Below are positions 33,459 to 43,668 of a stretch of 55,870 bases of DNA, piece by piece; positions within the stretch are counted from its first letter, which is position 1, and every line of letters starts with the position of its first letter. Both the position numbers and the translations under genes were made by a program. Source of the DNA: Fibrobacteria bacterium (lineage in GTDB: Bacteria > Fibrobacterota > Chitinivibrionia > Chitinivibrionales > FEN-1185); contig JBBIGR010000036.1 in NCBI GenBank assembly GCA_037447435.1, positions 1-55,870 on the forward strand. Direction: 5' to 3'. Under the pieces are notes generated by a model that saw only the letters and a list, made by a program, of their open reading frames with translations, had not been told where the DNA came from and did no database searches.

Positions 33459-34721
33459 ATGACACCTGTGCTTTTTCGTATTTTAATTTCATTGTACAGC
33501 TTCATTTTTTCTTGCGGTGCAACGCTCGCCAGAGCACTTCTGGCCCCTTTTCCGTTTGTCGCGTCGTGGGAAATTAAAAAGCGATGGCAAGGTCCGAAGC
33601 CGCTTACCGCAATTACGGGCGACGTTGTTTGGCTCCATGCCGCATCTCTTGGCGAATGCAAAGTCCTCATCCGGTTTCTGGACATCCTGCGGGAAAAAAA
33701 CAATGCGGATTTCTATTTGGTAACTGCGACGACAAAAACCGGTTTTTCCTATTTATCAGGGCATCGGGCGCCGGATATCGTATCCATCGGCTATTTACCG
33801 ATGGATACGATCGGCCGCATGAAAAAAACGCTGCAAACATTCAAAGTGAAACGGCTGTGGCTCGTTGAAACCGAATTGTGGCCAAGCATGATTTGGGCGT
33901 GCAAATCGATGAAAATTCCCCTGGGAATCATAAATGCCCGCGTTGAAGAACAGTCTCTTGCAGCATATAAACGATTGGGATTGTTTTTATCGCCGCTTCT
34001 TACCTACCCCACTATCGTTCTTGCGCAAAATGAAATTTACGCCAAACGGTTCGAACAATTGCAAATCCCGGCCAAAAACATACACGTAACCGGGAACATC
34101 AAATCGTATGTTACTGTTCGACAATGCCCCGCAAAGGACCGTGCAACTTTACGCGCAGCATTGCAATTGTCCGAGTCCGAGCCCTGCATAACGTTCGGCT
34201 GCATTCACGCCGAAGAAGCGGTTCACCTTAAAGCAACAATTGACATGCTTGAGGAATCGGGTTATCATTGTAAAAGTATAATCGTCCCGAGATATTTACG
34301 CGAATCAAACGCGATAGCAAAAGAATTCGGCGTGACCACTCCGATTTTAACCGACATCGCAACGGAAAAAACATGGAAAGTGTGCGTGATACATAAAATC
34401 GGTATCTTGGACGCTCTGTATAAAATTTCCGATGCGGCTTTTATCGGCGGCACTTTCGATACTACCGGTGCGCATAATATGTGGGATGCGGCTCAATTCG
34501 GAATTCCCGTTTTTTTCGGACCCGACATACACACGCAACAGGAAAGCGCGAAAACCCTGACCCAAGCGGGCGTCGCATTTGCCGCTTCGTCGTCTGCGGA
34601 TTTGGCACAGGCAATACGGTCGGTCTTACTAGACAATCATAAAAAGTTTCTCAATAACCTGGACAATTTCATGAAAACGACAAATTCAAAAAGCAACACC
34701 GTTAAAGATCTTATTCCATGA
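33459..34721 (+). CDS. waaA: KDO transferase
   Basis: WLHAASLGE, ETELWP, INAR, TGNIK, AFIGG and FGP. Confidence 0.9.
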   Translation: MTPVLFRILISLYSFIFSCGATLARALLAPFPFVASWEIKKRWQGPKPLTAITGDVVWLHAASLGECKVLIRFLDILREKNNADFYLVTATTKTGFSYLSGHRAPDIVSIGYLPMDTIGRMKKTLQTFKVKRLWLVETELWPSMIWACKSMKIPLGIINARVEEQSLAAYKRLGLFLSPLLTYPTIVLAQNEIYAKRFEQLQIPAKNIHVTGNIKSYVTVRQCPAKDRATLRAALQLSESEPCITFGCIHAEEAVHLKATIDMLEESGYHCKSIIVPRYLRESNAIAKEFGVTTPILTDIATEKTWKVCVIHKIGILDALYKISDAAFIGGTFDTTGAHNMWDAAQFGIPVFFGPDIHTQQESAKTLTQAGVAFAASSSADLAQAIRSVLLDNHKKFLNNLDNFMKTTNSKSNTVKDLIP

Positions 34722-35872
34722 GCACAAGCCACATCATTAACGGTTTCACTCTTTTGTGCGGCGACGATGCGGTTATGCGCGAGCATATGCGGAGTGACAT
34801 TATTGCGGCAGTTAAGACTGCCCACCCTGACTCGTTGGTGGAACGGTACAACCCGGGCGACGGCGACTTCGCCGCATTTGCCGAAAGCGTCATTACGCCG
34901 TCGCTTTTAACACCGATGCGTACGTTTTTGATATCCGAATTGCATTTACTCAGCGAAAAGGATCTTGACATATTATCCGGGCTTTTCGGCTACGACCTTC
35001 CCGATGCTTGCGTGGTCATGGAAACGGAAAAAACAACGGCCAAAAAATCAAAAGACGCTGCGCCGTCGAAAAAATTCCTTTCTTTTATCGAGACATTGAC
35101 CGCACGGCTAAAAAAGGAACCTTCCCGATTTTCAATCCAGGAATTCATTCGCCCGCCGGATTATAAAATGACGGAATGGGTGGAGACACATGCCCCTCTT
35201 TTGTGCAAACGGAAAATTTCGAGACCGGCCGCCGAGCACCTGGTGAACCTCGTCGGGGCCGATACGTCGCTTCTTTATTCCGAGATGCAAAAAATCGACT
35301 TGTTTCTTGATGAAAAAGGCGTTATCGACAACAAAGTGATCGACGCGGTGTGCGGCGCGACGCGAACCATGACGCCGTTCGAGCTTGCAGCCGCGCTCGG
35401 GAAAAAGGACCTTGGCCGCGCCATGGAAATCATCGATTCGATTTATGCCCAAAACGTATATTTGCCCCTTTTCGTTTCGGCAATTTTCAGGCAATTCTGG
35501 TCTATGTTTCGCATCCGTGAATTTGCAAAAACAAATTCCGATACCGTAAAAAGATTCAAGGCGTCCCTCAAATCCTACAACAAGGCCGCCCAGGAAGAAT
35601 GCGGCGTTTTGATAGGAGTCGCCGCAGGTTTGCTTTCAGAGAAACAGTCTCGGAGCGTATACCCCGTGTTGGTCAAATCCGGCATCGTGGACCACGCAAT
35701 GGGGTTTGAACCAAACCAGTATCGCATGATTTTTTCGATGTTGCGGGATTACGACATCGGGCTCAAAACGGGAAAAGCCGATAATTCGAAAACGGGGTTC
35801 GAAATTTTCTGCTACGGAATTGTCAGAGCAGAAGCCGCATGCGCGACGCCGGGATGGGGCTCTGGATCATGA
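34718..35872 (+). CDS. holA: DNA polymerase III subunit delta
   Basis: LL.GDD, TPSL, L...VG.D...L.SE..KI.L and FEL..A. Contains lineage-specific insertions. Confidence 0.85.
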   Translation: MSTSHIINGFTLLCGDDAVMREHMRSDIIAAVKTAHPDSLVERYNPGDGDFAAFAESVITPSLLTPMRTFLISELHLLSEKDLDILSGLFGYDLPDACVVMETEKTTAKKSKDAAPSKKFLSFIETLTARLKKEPSRFSIQEFIRPPDYKMTEWVETHAPLLCKRKISRPAAEHLVNLVGADTSLLYSEMQKIDLFLDEKGVIDNKVIDAVCGATRTMTPFELAAALGKKDLGRAMEIIDSIYAQNVYLPLFVSAIFRQFWSMFRIREFAKTNSDTVKRFKASLKSYNKAAQEECGVLIGVAAGLLSEKQSRSVYPVLVKSGIVDHAMGFEPNQYRMIFSMLRDYDIGLKTGKADNSKTGFEIFCYGIVRAEAACATPGWGSGS

Positions 35873-36627
35873 GATACTTTTTTAGAGTCGAATACGACGG
35901 CTCGGCTTTCAGCGGTTGGCAAACGCAAACTAATACGGCGACCGTTCAACGGAATTTGTCCGACGCTTTTAGTACCATAACACGACAGCCGTGCCGGGTG
36001 GTCGGCGCGGGCAGGACCGATGCGGGCGTGCATGCACGATGCCAAGGTGCGCATGTCGACCTGCCGGCGATAGAAAAAATCGCACGACTCGAACATTCGG
36101 TGAACGCAGTGCTGCCGAAAGAAATTTCAATTTACAACATGCAAGCCGTTCCCGATACGTTCCATGCGAGGTTCAGTGCCAGGAAACGCTCGTATAATTT
36201 TTTTCTGGCCGATCGAAGACACCCGCTTCTTTCCAAAAGGGTTTGGTCGGTTTTCAAGAAAATCGATTGGGATATGGTGCGGCAAAATATTCCGCACTGC
36301 GTGGGCACTCACGATTTTACGGCATTTTGCGCATCGAGAACCACGACTGAAAATATGACCTGTACGGTGGAAAAGGCATCCTTGTCCTCCTGTGGCGATA
36401 TGCGGGTTTTTTCCATTAGTGCAGACCGGTTCATTTACAAAATGGTACGATCGCTCGTGGGAACGCTCATTGACATCGGTCGCGGAAAAACATCGCTTGG
36501 GCTGGACGAAATTTTAAAAAGCAAAAACAGGAAACTGGCCGGGGAAACCGCCCCTGCCTGCGGGCTGGTCCTTGATTATGTAGCCTATGATGAAATTTCC
36601 GATACCTCGCTTGCGTCATTATATTAA
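35869..36627 (+). CDS. truA: tRNA pseudouridine(38-40) synthase
   Basis: EYDG..FSGWQ, GAGRTDAGVHA, FHARFSA and MVRSLVG. Confidence 0.97.
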   Translation: MRYFFRVEYDGSAFSGWQTQTNTATVQRNLSDAFSTITRQPCRVVGAGRTDAGVHARCQGAHVDLPAIEKIARLEHSVNAVLPKEISIYNMQAVPDTFHARFSARKRSYNFFLADRRHPLLSKRVWSVFKKIDWDMVRQNIPHCVGTHDFTAFCASRTTTENMTCTVEKASLSSCGDMRVFSISADRFIYKMVRSLVGTLIDIGRGKTSLGLDEILKSKNRKLAGETAPACGLVLDYVAYDEISDTSLASLY

Positions 36628-36676
36628 TATATGGTAACGATCGTTTTTTCTTTTCCGTCGTAAGGATATAATACCA

Positions 36677-37915
36677 ATGAAAAAGAACCGCACAATCGAT
36701 CCGGGCGAAAACGGCAAAGCCGCCGTCACCGTCATTCTCGTCGTGTTCTGCCTCATCGCCGGTGCCGTCATAGGCGGCGAAATCATCCGGCGAATGTATA
36801 CCGGAGCGTTCCTTTCGAACCCGCAGCAACAGAATTCCGAAAGCACGACCGCCCCATTACTGCAAACGCAGCAACAACGAATCGACGATGTCGGCCTGAG
36901 CCGCAACAATTCCATCGTGCGGGCCACCTCCAAAGCCGCGCCGAGCGTAGTCGGCATCGTCGTGACCCAATTACAGGTTGTCAACAAGTCTTATTCGTCC
37001 GACGATTTTTTCGACTTTTTCTTTGGTCCCGAACTTGTTCCAAAAGTCCGGGAAGTCGAGCGAATGGGTTCGGGTTTTATATTCAGTAAAGAAGGCTATA
37101 TCCTCACGAATTACCACGTTGTGGAAGGCGCGCAAAAGCTCTTCGTGACGCTTGCCAGCGGGACGCAATACGAAGGCAAAATCATCGGCGTCGATCCGCA
37201 AACCGACCTGGCTGTCGTTTCCGTCAATGCACCGAACCTGCCTTGCTCAAAGCTCGGCGATTCGGATAAGCTCATGATCGGCGAATGGGCGATTGCCATC
37301 GGCAATCCATTCGGATTTTTCATTAACGACGCCCGTCCGACCGTTACGGTCGGCGTCATTTCTGCGGTCGACCGGAATTTTGCCCCTTCCGAAGGCGTGT
37401 ATTACCAGGGAATGATTCAAACCGACGCAGCGATCAACCAGGGAAATTCGGGCGGACCGCTGGTCAATGCCCTTGGCGAAGTTATCGGCATCAATGCGTT
37501 TATTTTCACCGGGTCCGATAATTATCGCGGATCAATCGGCATGGGGTTCGCGATTCCCATCGAGCGAGCGAAACGCGTTGTCCATGAAATTTTAACATAC
37601 GGTAAACGCCGCATGATTTACACCGGAATATCGGTACAAGATCTGACCCGCAATGTCGCTGCGGCATTGGGATATGCAAAAAACGAGGGTGTCGTTATTT
37701 CGGACATAGCCCATGCAAGTTCGGGTGAAGCGGCAAAACTGCTCCGCGGCGACATTATCGTCCAAATGGGTAACCGAACCATTTATTCGTCAAAAGACAT
37801 CGGCGGTTTTTTCCTGGATTACTTCGTAGGCGATACGGTAACCATCACGTTTATCAGAAAAGGAAAACGGATGGAAACCAAAATCGTTTTATCCCAATAT
37901 AAGGGACAGCCTTAA
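36677..37915 (+). CDS. HtrA/DegP-family serine protease with one PDZ domain
   Basis: GSGF, TNYHV, DLA and IQTDAAINQGNSGGPL, plus a C-terminal PDZ domain. Confidence 0.95.
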   Translation: MKKNRTIDPGENGKAAVTVILVVFCLIAGAVIGGEIIRRMYTGAFLSNPQQQNSESTTAPLLQTQQQRIDDVGLSRNNSIVRATSKAAPSVVGIVVTQLQVVNKSYSSDDFFDFFFGPELVPKVREVERMGSGFIFSKEGYILTNYHVVEGAQKLFVTLASGTQYEGKIIGVDPQTDLAVVSVNAPNLPCSKLGDSDKLMIGEWAIAIGNPFGFFINDARPTVTVGVISAVDRNFAPSEGVYYQGMIQTDAAINQGNSGGPLVNALGEVIGINAFIFTGSDNYRGSIGMGFAIPIERAKRVVHEILTYGKRRMIYTGISVQDLTRNVAAALGYAKNEGVVISDIAHASSGEAAKLLRGDIIVQMGNRTIYSSKDIGGFFLDYFVGDTVTITFIRKGKRMETKIVLSQYKGQP

Positions 37916-37997
37916 CCTGATGATGGTATCAAATAACTATATTTAAAGCAGTAACAAGTATCGGCACATCAGACAGTATGAAGAAAAGGAAGGTTTT

Positions 37998-38288
37998 ATG
38001 GCGGTAAGTCTCAAGGAGAGGAATTTCTGGACATTGGTGCTTGTCGTCATCGTGGGAATACTCATCGGTTCCTATCTCGGAACGCTTTTTGCCCTGATCC
38101 CCGGCGGAAGCAATGTCGTAAAAACATTTTTTACCTATAATTTCATCTCATTCGGCATCGGTTATCCGCATCCGTGGTATATCGATCTCGCGGCGGTAAA
38201 ATTTCAGCTCGGTTTTGAAATAAAATTCAATTTACTATCTGTCATCGGCGTTTTCGTCAGTCTCTACTTTTTCAGATGGTATAAGTAA
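37998..38288 (+). CDS. DUF4321-like small membrane protein
   Basis: GILIGS.LG...DL.....LG..I.FN..S.IG pattern. Confidence 0.75.
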   Translation: MAVSLKERNFWTLVLVVIVGILIGSYLGTLFALIPGGSNVVKTFFTYNFISFGIGYPHPWYIDLAAVKFQLGFEIKFNLLSVIGVFVSLYFFRWYK

Positions 38289-38304
38289 AAAAAAAGGACG
38301 GTTC

Positions 38305-39744
38305 ATGAGGTTTTTCGATTCTCCGGTTTCGGAAGCGGTTTCTCTTTGTCAAAACGGCGACCGCCGGGTTTGTGATGTTGTCGAACAATCGTTGGCTCAA
38401 ATCAAAAAGCAAGACGAATCCCTGCACGCTTTTATTTGCACCCGTCCCGAAGCCGCAATTGCCCGTGCACAGGAACTCGATTCGATGCCGATCGATTCCC
38501 GGAAAGGCCTGCCGCTTTTCGGTATGCCGATTGCCATAAAAGACAATATCTGTACCAAGGGAGTAGCCACAACGTGCGCTTCACGAATGCTCGAGAATTT
38601 CGTCCCTCCTTACGATGCAACGGTCACTGAAGCATTAAAGAACGCCGGTGCAGTTATCATCGGTAAAACAAACCTCGATGAGTTTGCCATGGGCGGAAGT
38701 ACCGAAACCTCGGCCTTCGGCATCAGCCGTAATCCGCACGACCCCAACCGTATTCCCGGCGGATCAAGCGGCGGCAGCGCGGTCGCGGTTTCCGCAGGAA
38801 TGGTTCCGCTGGCCCTGGGATCCGACACCGGCGGGTCTATCCGTCAACCAAGCAGCCATTGCGGCATTTGCGGCCTTAAGCCGACATACGGCCGCGTGTC
38901 ACGCTACGGACTTGTCGCATTCGCATCGTCACTCGACCAGATCGGCCCTATGGCTGCCCATGTCCGCGACATCGGCCTCATGCTGTCGGTGATTTCCGTT
39001 CCCGACAAACGAGATTCCACTAATGCCCAAAAGCGGTTTACCGACGGCGAAGACCTGTACGGCGGATCACTGAACGGGCTGACAATCGGGATTCCAAAAG
39101 AATATTTCAGCGAAGGACTTTCGTCTGAAGTCCGTAATGCCATAGCCAAAACGATTGACGCAATGAAATCATCGGGATGCAAGTTTGTCGACGTCTCGCT
39201 TCCGAACCTCGGTTACGGCATCGCGACGTATTACATTATTTGTACAGCCGAAGCGTCGTCGAATCTGGCCCGCTACGACGGCGTCAAGTACGGGTATCGA
39301 AGCAAAAACCCTTCGTCGCTCAAAGACATGTATCAAACAACCCGCAAAGAAGGTTTTGGCGCGGAGGTTAAGCGTCGTATCATGTTGGGCACGTATGTTT
39401 TGTCTTCGGGATATTACGATGCCTATTATCTGAAAGCGGCCCGCGTGAGAACGCTCATTTCCCGGGATTTCGATAATGCCTTTGCAAAATGCGATGCGGT
39501 CATTTCACCGGTTACCCCCACGCCTGCGTTTAAAATCGGAGAAAAATGCGATGACCCTTTACAAATGTATCTGACCGATATTTACACCGTTTCAGCGAAT
39601 TTAGCAGGCATTCCGGGTATTTCCGTTCCGTGCGGTATGCACAACGGACTGCCCATCGGCGTGCAATTCATGGCACCGAAATGGCGCGAAGATACGCTTA
39701 TTAAGCTCGGCCATTCGGTACAAACAACCGTGTCCGTGCAGTAG
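38305..39744 (+). CDS. gatA: Glu/Asp-tRNA amidotransferase subunit A
   Basis: KDNI, GGSSGGS, GSDTGGSIRQP, SSNLARYDG and EVKRRIMLGTY. Confidence 0.97.
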   Translation: MRFFDSPVSEAVSLCQNGDRRVCDVVEQSLAQIKKQDESLHAFICTRPEAAIARAQELDSMPIDSRKGLPLFGMPIAIKDNICTKGVATTCASRMLENFVPPYDATVTEALKNAGAVIIGKTNLDEFAMGGSTETSAFGISRNPHDPNRIPGGSSGGSAVAVSAGMVPLALGSDTGGSIRQPSSHCGICGLKPTYGRVSRYGLVAFASSLDQIGPMAAHVRDIGLMLSVISVPDKRDSTNAQKRFTDGEDLYGGSLNGLTIGIPKEYFSEGLSSEVRNAIAKTIDAMKSSGCKFVDVSLPNLGYGIATYYIICTAEASSNLARYDGVKYGYRSKNPSSLKDMYQTTRKEGFGAEVKRRIMLGTYVLSSGYYDAYYLKAARVRTLISRDFDNAFAKCDAVISPVTPTPAFKIGEKCDDPLQMYLTDIYTVSANLAGIPGISVPCGMHNGLPIGVQFMAPKWREDTLIKLGHSVQTTVSVQ

Positions 39745-39746
39745 CA

Positions 39747-40271
39747 ATGTCGGCACCCCGGCAAGTCCTGAAAACCGGTATTATTCTTTCGCTATTGTTA
39801 TTGATCGGTTGTGCGCCGTCGGCTCGTTACGGCGGAGCCGATGACGGTACCGACCATTATTACGTCTCATCAAAATGGGATTACCGGACCAATTACCATA
39901 TTCCGGAAGATCGTTTACGGAAAATAATAAATTCCTATATCGGCGTCCGGTATAAAGACGGCGGCATGTCTCGCAACGGTTTCGATTGTTCGGGTTTTGT
40001 CGCCGTTGTTTTCAGGGAACTCAATCGTGCCCGTTTACCGAGATCGACCGGAAAGTTAAAATCGTTGGGAAAACAGGTTTCTCCCGACGATGCGCGCGTC
40101 GGCGACCTGGTTTTTTTTCGGGGCGGGGTTTTCGGCATGATCAATCATGTCGGCATTTACTTGGGAAACAGGACTTTTGCACATTCAAGCTCTACGCGCG
40201 GCGTTTCGTATGATAAGCTTGACGATGATTACTACCTTGAGCATTTTGCCATGATAAGGAGAATTTTCTGA
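39747..40271 (+). CDS. NlpC/P60 (C40) peptidoglycan endopeptidase lipoprotein
   Basis: Lipobox LIGC, GFDCSGF, GDLVFF and HVGIY. Confidence 0.93.
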   Translation: MSAPRQVLKTGIILSLLLLIGCAPSARYGGADDGTDHYYVSSKWDYRTNYHIPEDRLRKIINSYIGVRYKDGGMSRNGFDCSGFVAVVFRELNRARLPRSTGKLKSLGKQVSPDDARVGDLVFFRGGVFGMINHVGIYLGNRTFAHSSSTRGVSYDKLDDDYYLEHFAMIRRIF

Positions 40272-41122
40272 TGAAAATCGCTTTCGCAGGAGAAAAGGGC
40301 GCTTTTGCCGAGCTCGCAGCAGCACAATACTTCGGTCCGAAACATACGCTTTTTAACGTTCCCGATTTCGAGGACGTTTTCGGTGCTGTGTCAAAATCAC
40401 GGGCCGACCACGGCATTATCCCCATAGAAAATTCTCTGACCGGAAGCATCCATCAGAATTACGACCAGCTATTAAAAAGCAAGTTGTCTATTACCGGAGA
40501 AATATTCCTCCGCATCAGTCATTTCCTCATCGCGAATCACGGCGTAAAACCGCACAATATCAAGCGGGTTTATTCTCACGCGCAGGGATTGGCCCAATGT
40601 AAAATCCATTTGAAGAAATTCAAGGGCATCGATTGCATCCCTGTTTCCAACACCGCCTATGCGGTCAAAAAAATAAAGGACGAACGGTTGCTCGATGCCG
40701 CTGCCGTCGCTTCGTATCAGGCTGCAATCGATTACGACATGAACATTCTAGATAAAAACATCGAGGACAACAAGGCCAACATCACCAGGTTTCTCATCGT
40801 TTCAAAAAAACCGAAAGCATCTTTTCATTCGTCAAAGGCGTTAAAAACGTCCGTGGTCTTTTCCTTGAAAAATATGCCCGGCTCTCTGTTCCGAAGTTTG
40901 AGCGTATTTGCACTCCGAGATATCGATCTCGTCAAAATCGAATCACGGCCGGTCCACGGCAAACCCTTCGAATATTTGTTTTACCTCGACTTCGACGGCG
41001 GCAGCAATCAGGCAAGTCAGGCAAACGCCCTGAACCATCTCAAAGAAATCACCATGTTCATGCGCGTCCTCGGCTCGTACGAAAGAGGAAAATTGGTAAA
41101 CCCGGAATACAGGAAACGATGA
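40271..41122 (+). CDS. pheA: Prephenate dehydratase (monofunctional, with ACT domain)
   Basis: PIENS..G, SHAQ.LAQC, N.TRF and KIESRP. Confidence 0.95.
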   Translation: MKIAFAGEKGAFAELAAAQYFGPKHTLFNVPDFEDVFGAVSKSRADHGIIPIENSLTGSIHQNYDQLLKSKLSITGEIFLRISHFLIANHGVKPHNIKRVYSHAQGLAQCKIHLKKFKGIDCIPVSNTAYAVKKIKDERLLDAAAVASYQAAIDYDMNILDKNIEDNKANITRFLIVSKKPKASFHSSKALKTSVVFSLKNMPGSLFRSLSVFALRDIDLVKIESRPVHGKPFEYLFYLDFDGGSNQASQANALNHLKEITMFMRVLGSYERGKLVNPEYRKR

Positions 41123-41215
41123 AGCCCCAAAGAGACAGAGTTTATTGCAAATGGCGTCGTGAAAAATCCAAAGGTAAAAAATCCGGTTTCTTAAAATAGG
41201 AATCGCTAAACCGAG

Positions 41216-41277
41216 AATTGTCATTTTTAAGAATTTTTAATTTGGGAACGGCCCAAAAATTCTTGAAAATGACAATT
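41216..41277. repeat. 23-bp inverted repeat upstream of the FMN reductase gene
   Basis: aattgtcatttttaagaattttt (41216-41238) versus aaaaattcttgaaaatgacaatt (41255-41277), one mismatch. Confidence 0.85.
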
Positions 41278-41292
41278 TACAGGGGTTTATTC

Positions 41293-41308
41293 TGGCGTAG
41301 GTTTTGCT
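41293..41308 (+). promoter_or_regulatory. Sigma54 (-24/-12) promoter
   Basis: TGGCGTAGGTTTTGCT has GG-N10-GC spacing and lies about 45 nt before the ATG at 41353. Confidence 0.55.
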
Positions 41309-41352
41309 TTATTAAAAAGTGAAAACCAATCACCATTCCTTAGGAGGATACC

Positions 41353-41913
41353 ATGATTAAAACCGCCATTATCGTTGGAACAACAAGGCCCGGCAGAAAA
41401 GCAGATGCTGTGGCTCGCTGGGTTTTAGACATTGCAAAGAAACGTAAGGAATCCGAATTTGAAATAGTTGATATTAAAGATTACAATCTTCCCTTGCTCG
41501 ACGAGCCAATGCCGCCATCTATGGGTCAGCATAATAATGAACACACGAAAAAATGGGCTGCAAAAATAGATCAATTCGACGCATATATTTTCGTAACACC
41601 AGAATACAATCACGCGACATCGGGTTCATTGAAAAACGCCATCGATTTTCTCTATACTGAATGGAACAACAAAGCCGCAGGATTGGTAAGTTATGGATCG
41701 ATCGGCGGAGCACGAGCCGCCGAAAATTTAAGATTGATTATGGGTGAGCTTCAAATTGCCGATGTTCGCGCACAAGTCATGCTGTCGTTATTCACGGATT
41801 TTGAAAATTTCACCGTTTTTAAACCGGCAGCAATGCATGAACAATCACTCAATACATTGCTTGACCAACTTATCCCTTGGGCAACGGCGCTTAAGACTGT
41901 CAGAAAAAAGTAA
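41353..41913 (+). CDS. NAD(P)H-dependent FMN reductase
   Basis: GTTRPGR, VTPEYNH, LKNAID, EW.NK and SYG..GG.RA. AGGAGG RBS. Confidence 0.95.
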   Translation: MIKTAIIVGTTRPGRKADAVARWVLDIAKKRKESEFEIVDIKDYNLPLLDEPMPPSMGQHNNEHTKKWAAKIDQFDAYIFVTPEYNHATSGSLKNAIDFLYTEWNNKAAGLVSYGSIGGARAAENLRLIMGELQIADVRAQVMLSLFTDFENFTVFKPAAMHEQSLNTLLDQLIPWATALKTVRKK

Positions 41914-41931
41914 GCACAAAGCACGCTGTAA

Positions 41932-41970
41932 AAAAGGACGGGGAAATCCCATGGATTTCCCCGTCCTTTT
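41932..41970. terminator. Bidirectional terminator
   Basis: Perfect 18-bp inverted repeat aaaaggacggggaaatcc-cat-ggatttccccgtcctttt between convergent genes. Confidence 0.85.
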
Positions 41971-41997
41971 ACCTGTTTAACGCACAATCTATAAATA

Positions 41998-43665
41998 TCA
42001 ACGATTATTTTTCAGCAATTCCTCGGCATGCTTTTTCGCAATTGCCGAATCGCCGCCGAGCATCCGGGAAATTTCCCCGATTTTTTCCTGCATCGACAAT
42101 TTCTTTACTTGCGTCACGGTCCGGTTTCCCTGGACTTCCTTAAACACATGGTAATGATTGTTTGCCACCGATGCGATCTGATGCAAATGGGAAATGCAAA
42201 GTAGTTGATGTGATTTGCCAAGTACGATAAGCGCCTTTGCAACCTCGGTTGCAAGCACACCGCCGATACCCGAATCGATTTCGTCGAAAATAAGAATAGG
42301 AATATGATCGTGGGCAGCCATAACCGTTTTTATAGCGAGCATAAGCCGTGAAATTTCCCCGCCCGACGCAGTTTTTATGAGGGGCAAAATCTGTTCCCCG
42401 GAATTGGTTCGCACCATAAAAACCGCATCTTCGTAGCCATGCGGCAAAGGTTCGGTTGTTTCTATGAAATCCGTGCGCCACAAACCGCCGTTAAATCCGA
42501 GTTTCGCCATTTCGGCGGTGATGGCCTTGTCGAATAATAACGCCTGTTTTTTCCTGGCATTGGACAGCAATTTTCCCGTTTTTTCGCAATCGGCCAACGC
42601 GCTTTGTACGGTGTGAAGCAACACCGTCCTGTCGGCATCGATATTGACAAGAGCATCAAGGTCGGCTTTTAGGCTGTTTTGTTTCACCAGCAAACCCTCG
42701 AAATCGCAATTGTATTTTTTCTTCAGCCGTTGGATTTTTGCCATGCGTTCATTGACGCTATCGAGCCGGGACGGATCGATACCGGCGCCGTATTTCTCCA
42801 AATAATCGCCGCAGAACGATTCCAATTCCGAAAGAACCGACCCGACCGATTCGATTTCGCGCACCCACGGCTGCGCCGCAGTATCGAACCGTAAAAGCGT
42901 TTCAAGGTTCTTTTTAATCAACCCAACGTGCTGGCTCAACGCCGTTTCGTCTGAAGAAAGAACGTTGTTTATCGTCGAAATGCATTCTATTCTTTGTGCA
43001 CTTGAAGAAAGCAAAGTGACTTCTTCCGATAGCTTTGCTTCTTCATTTTCCTCCAGCGCGAGGTTTTTGAATTCGGAATATTGGAATTCAAGAACATCGC
43101 GTTTTTCCTTTAAATCCGCACACCGCTTGTCGTGCTTAGCCAAAACCTCACGGGCCGCTCCGTAGGAGGCAAAGGCTTTTGCATACGCTTCGAAAACAAC
43201 TTCGATTGCCGGCAACCCATCGATGGTTTTAAGAGCATTTTGAGGATCTAAAAGTGATTGATGCTCATGTTGCCCGTGGAAATCGATAAGTTGGTCGCCG
43301 ACCGTTTTCAGAACGGACAAAGGAACCGGTACTTGATTGATAAGCACTCTGTTTTTTCCGCTTTTCGAAATCACCCGGCGGACAATACACACTCCCCCAT
43401 CATCGGGAATCGCATTGTGTTTAAACAAATCCGACAGCCGGCGTTTCATAGTGCCTAATTCGAAGACGCCGCTGACTTCGGCTTCCTCGCAGCCCCCGCG
43501 GACATGTTCCGTCGAAGCTCGTTCGCCGAGCAACAGGCCGATGGCGCCGACAAGAATGGATTTTCCCGCCCCAGTCTCACCGGTAAACACGGAAAATCCC
43601 GGTTCGAATTCGACCAGGACGTCTTCAATGAGAGCCAGATTTTTTATCCGCAATTCCTGTATCAT
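41998..43665 (-). CDS. recN: DNA repair protein RecN
   Basis: TGETGAGKS, HGQHEHQ, ASGGE.SR.MLA, FDEID.G and E.SRMLGG. Confidence 0.97.
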   Translation of the reverse strand: MIQELRIKNLALIEDVLVEFEPGFSVFTGETGAGKSILVGAIGLLLGERASTEHVRGGCEEAEVSGVFELGTMKRRLSDLFKHNAIPDDGGVCIVRRVISKSGKNRVLINQVPVPLSVLKTVGDQLIDFHGQHEHQSLLDPQNALKTIDGLPAIEVVFEAYAKAFASYGAAREVLAKHDKRCADLKEKRDVLEFQYSEFKNLALEENEEAKLSEEVTLLSSSAQRIECISTINNVLSSDETALSQHVGLIKKNLETLLRFDTAAQPWVREIESVGSVLSELESFCGDYLEKYGAGIDPSRLDSVNERMAKIQRLKKKYNCDFEGLLVKQNSLKADLDALVNIDADRTVLLHTVQSALADCEKTGKLLSNARKKQALLFDKAITAEMAKLGFNGGLWRTDFIETTEPLPHGYEDAVFMVRTNSGEQILPLIKTASGGEISRLMLAIKTVMAAHDHIPILIFDEIDSGIGGVLATEVAKALIVLGKSHQLLCISHLHQIASVANNHYHVFKEVQGNRTVTQVKKLSMQEKIGEISRMLGGDSAIAKKHAEELLKNNR

Positions 43666-43668
43666 GAA

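Noticed and set aside
41932..41970. 18-bp perfect inverted repeat as a transposon end or MITE
   Set aside because: It has a 3-nt loop and A/T tails and lies between convergent genes, so it is a bidirectional terminator.
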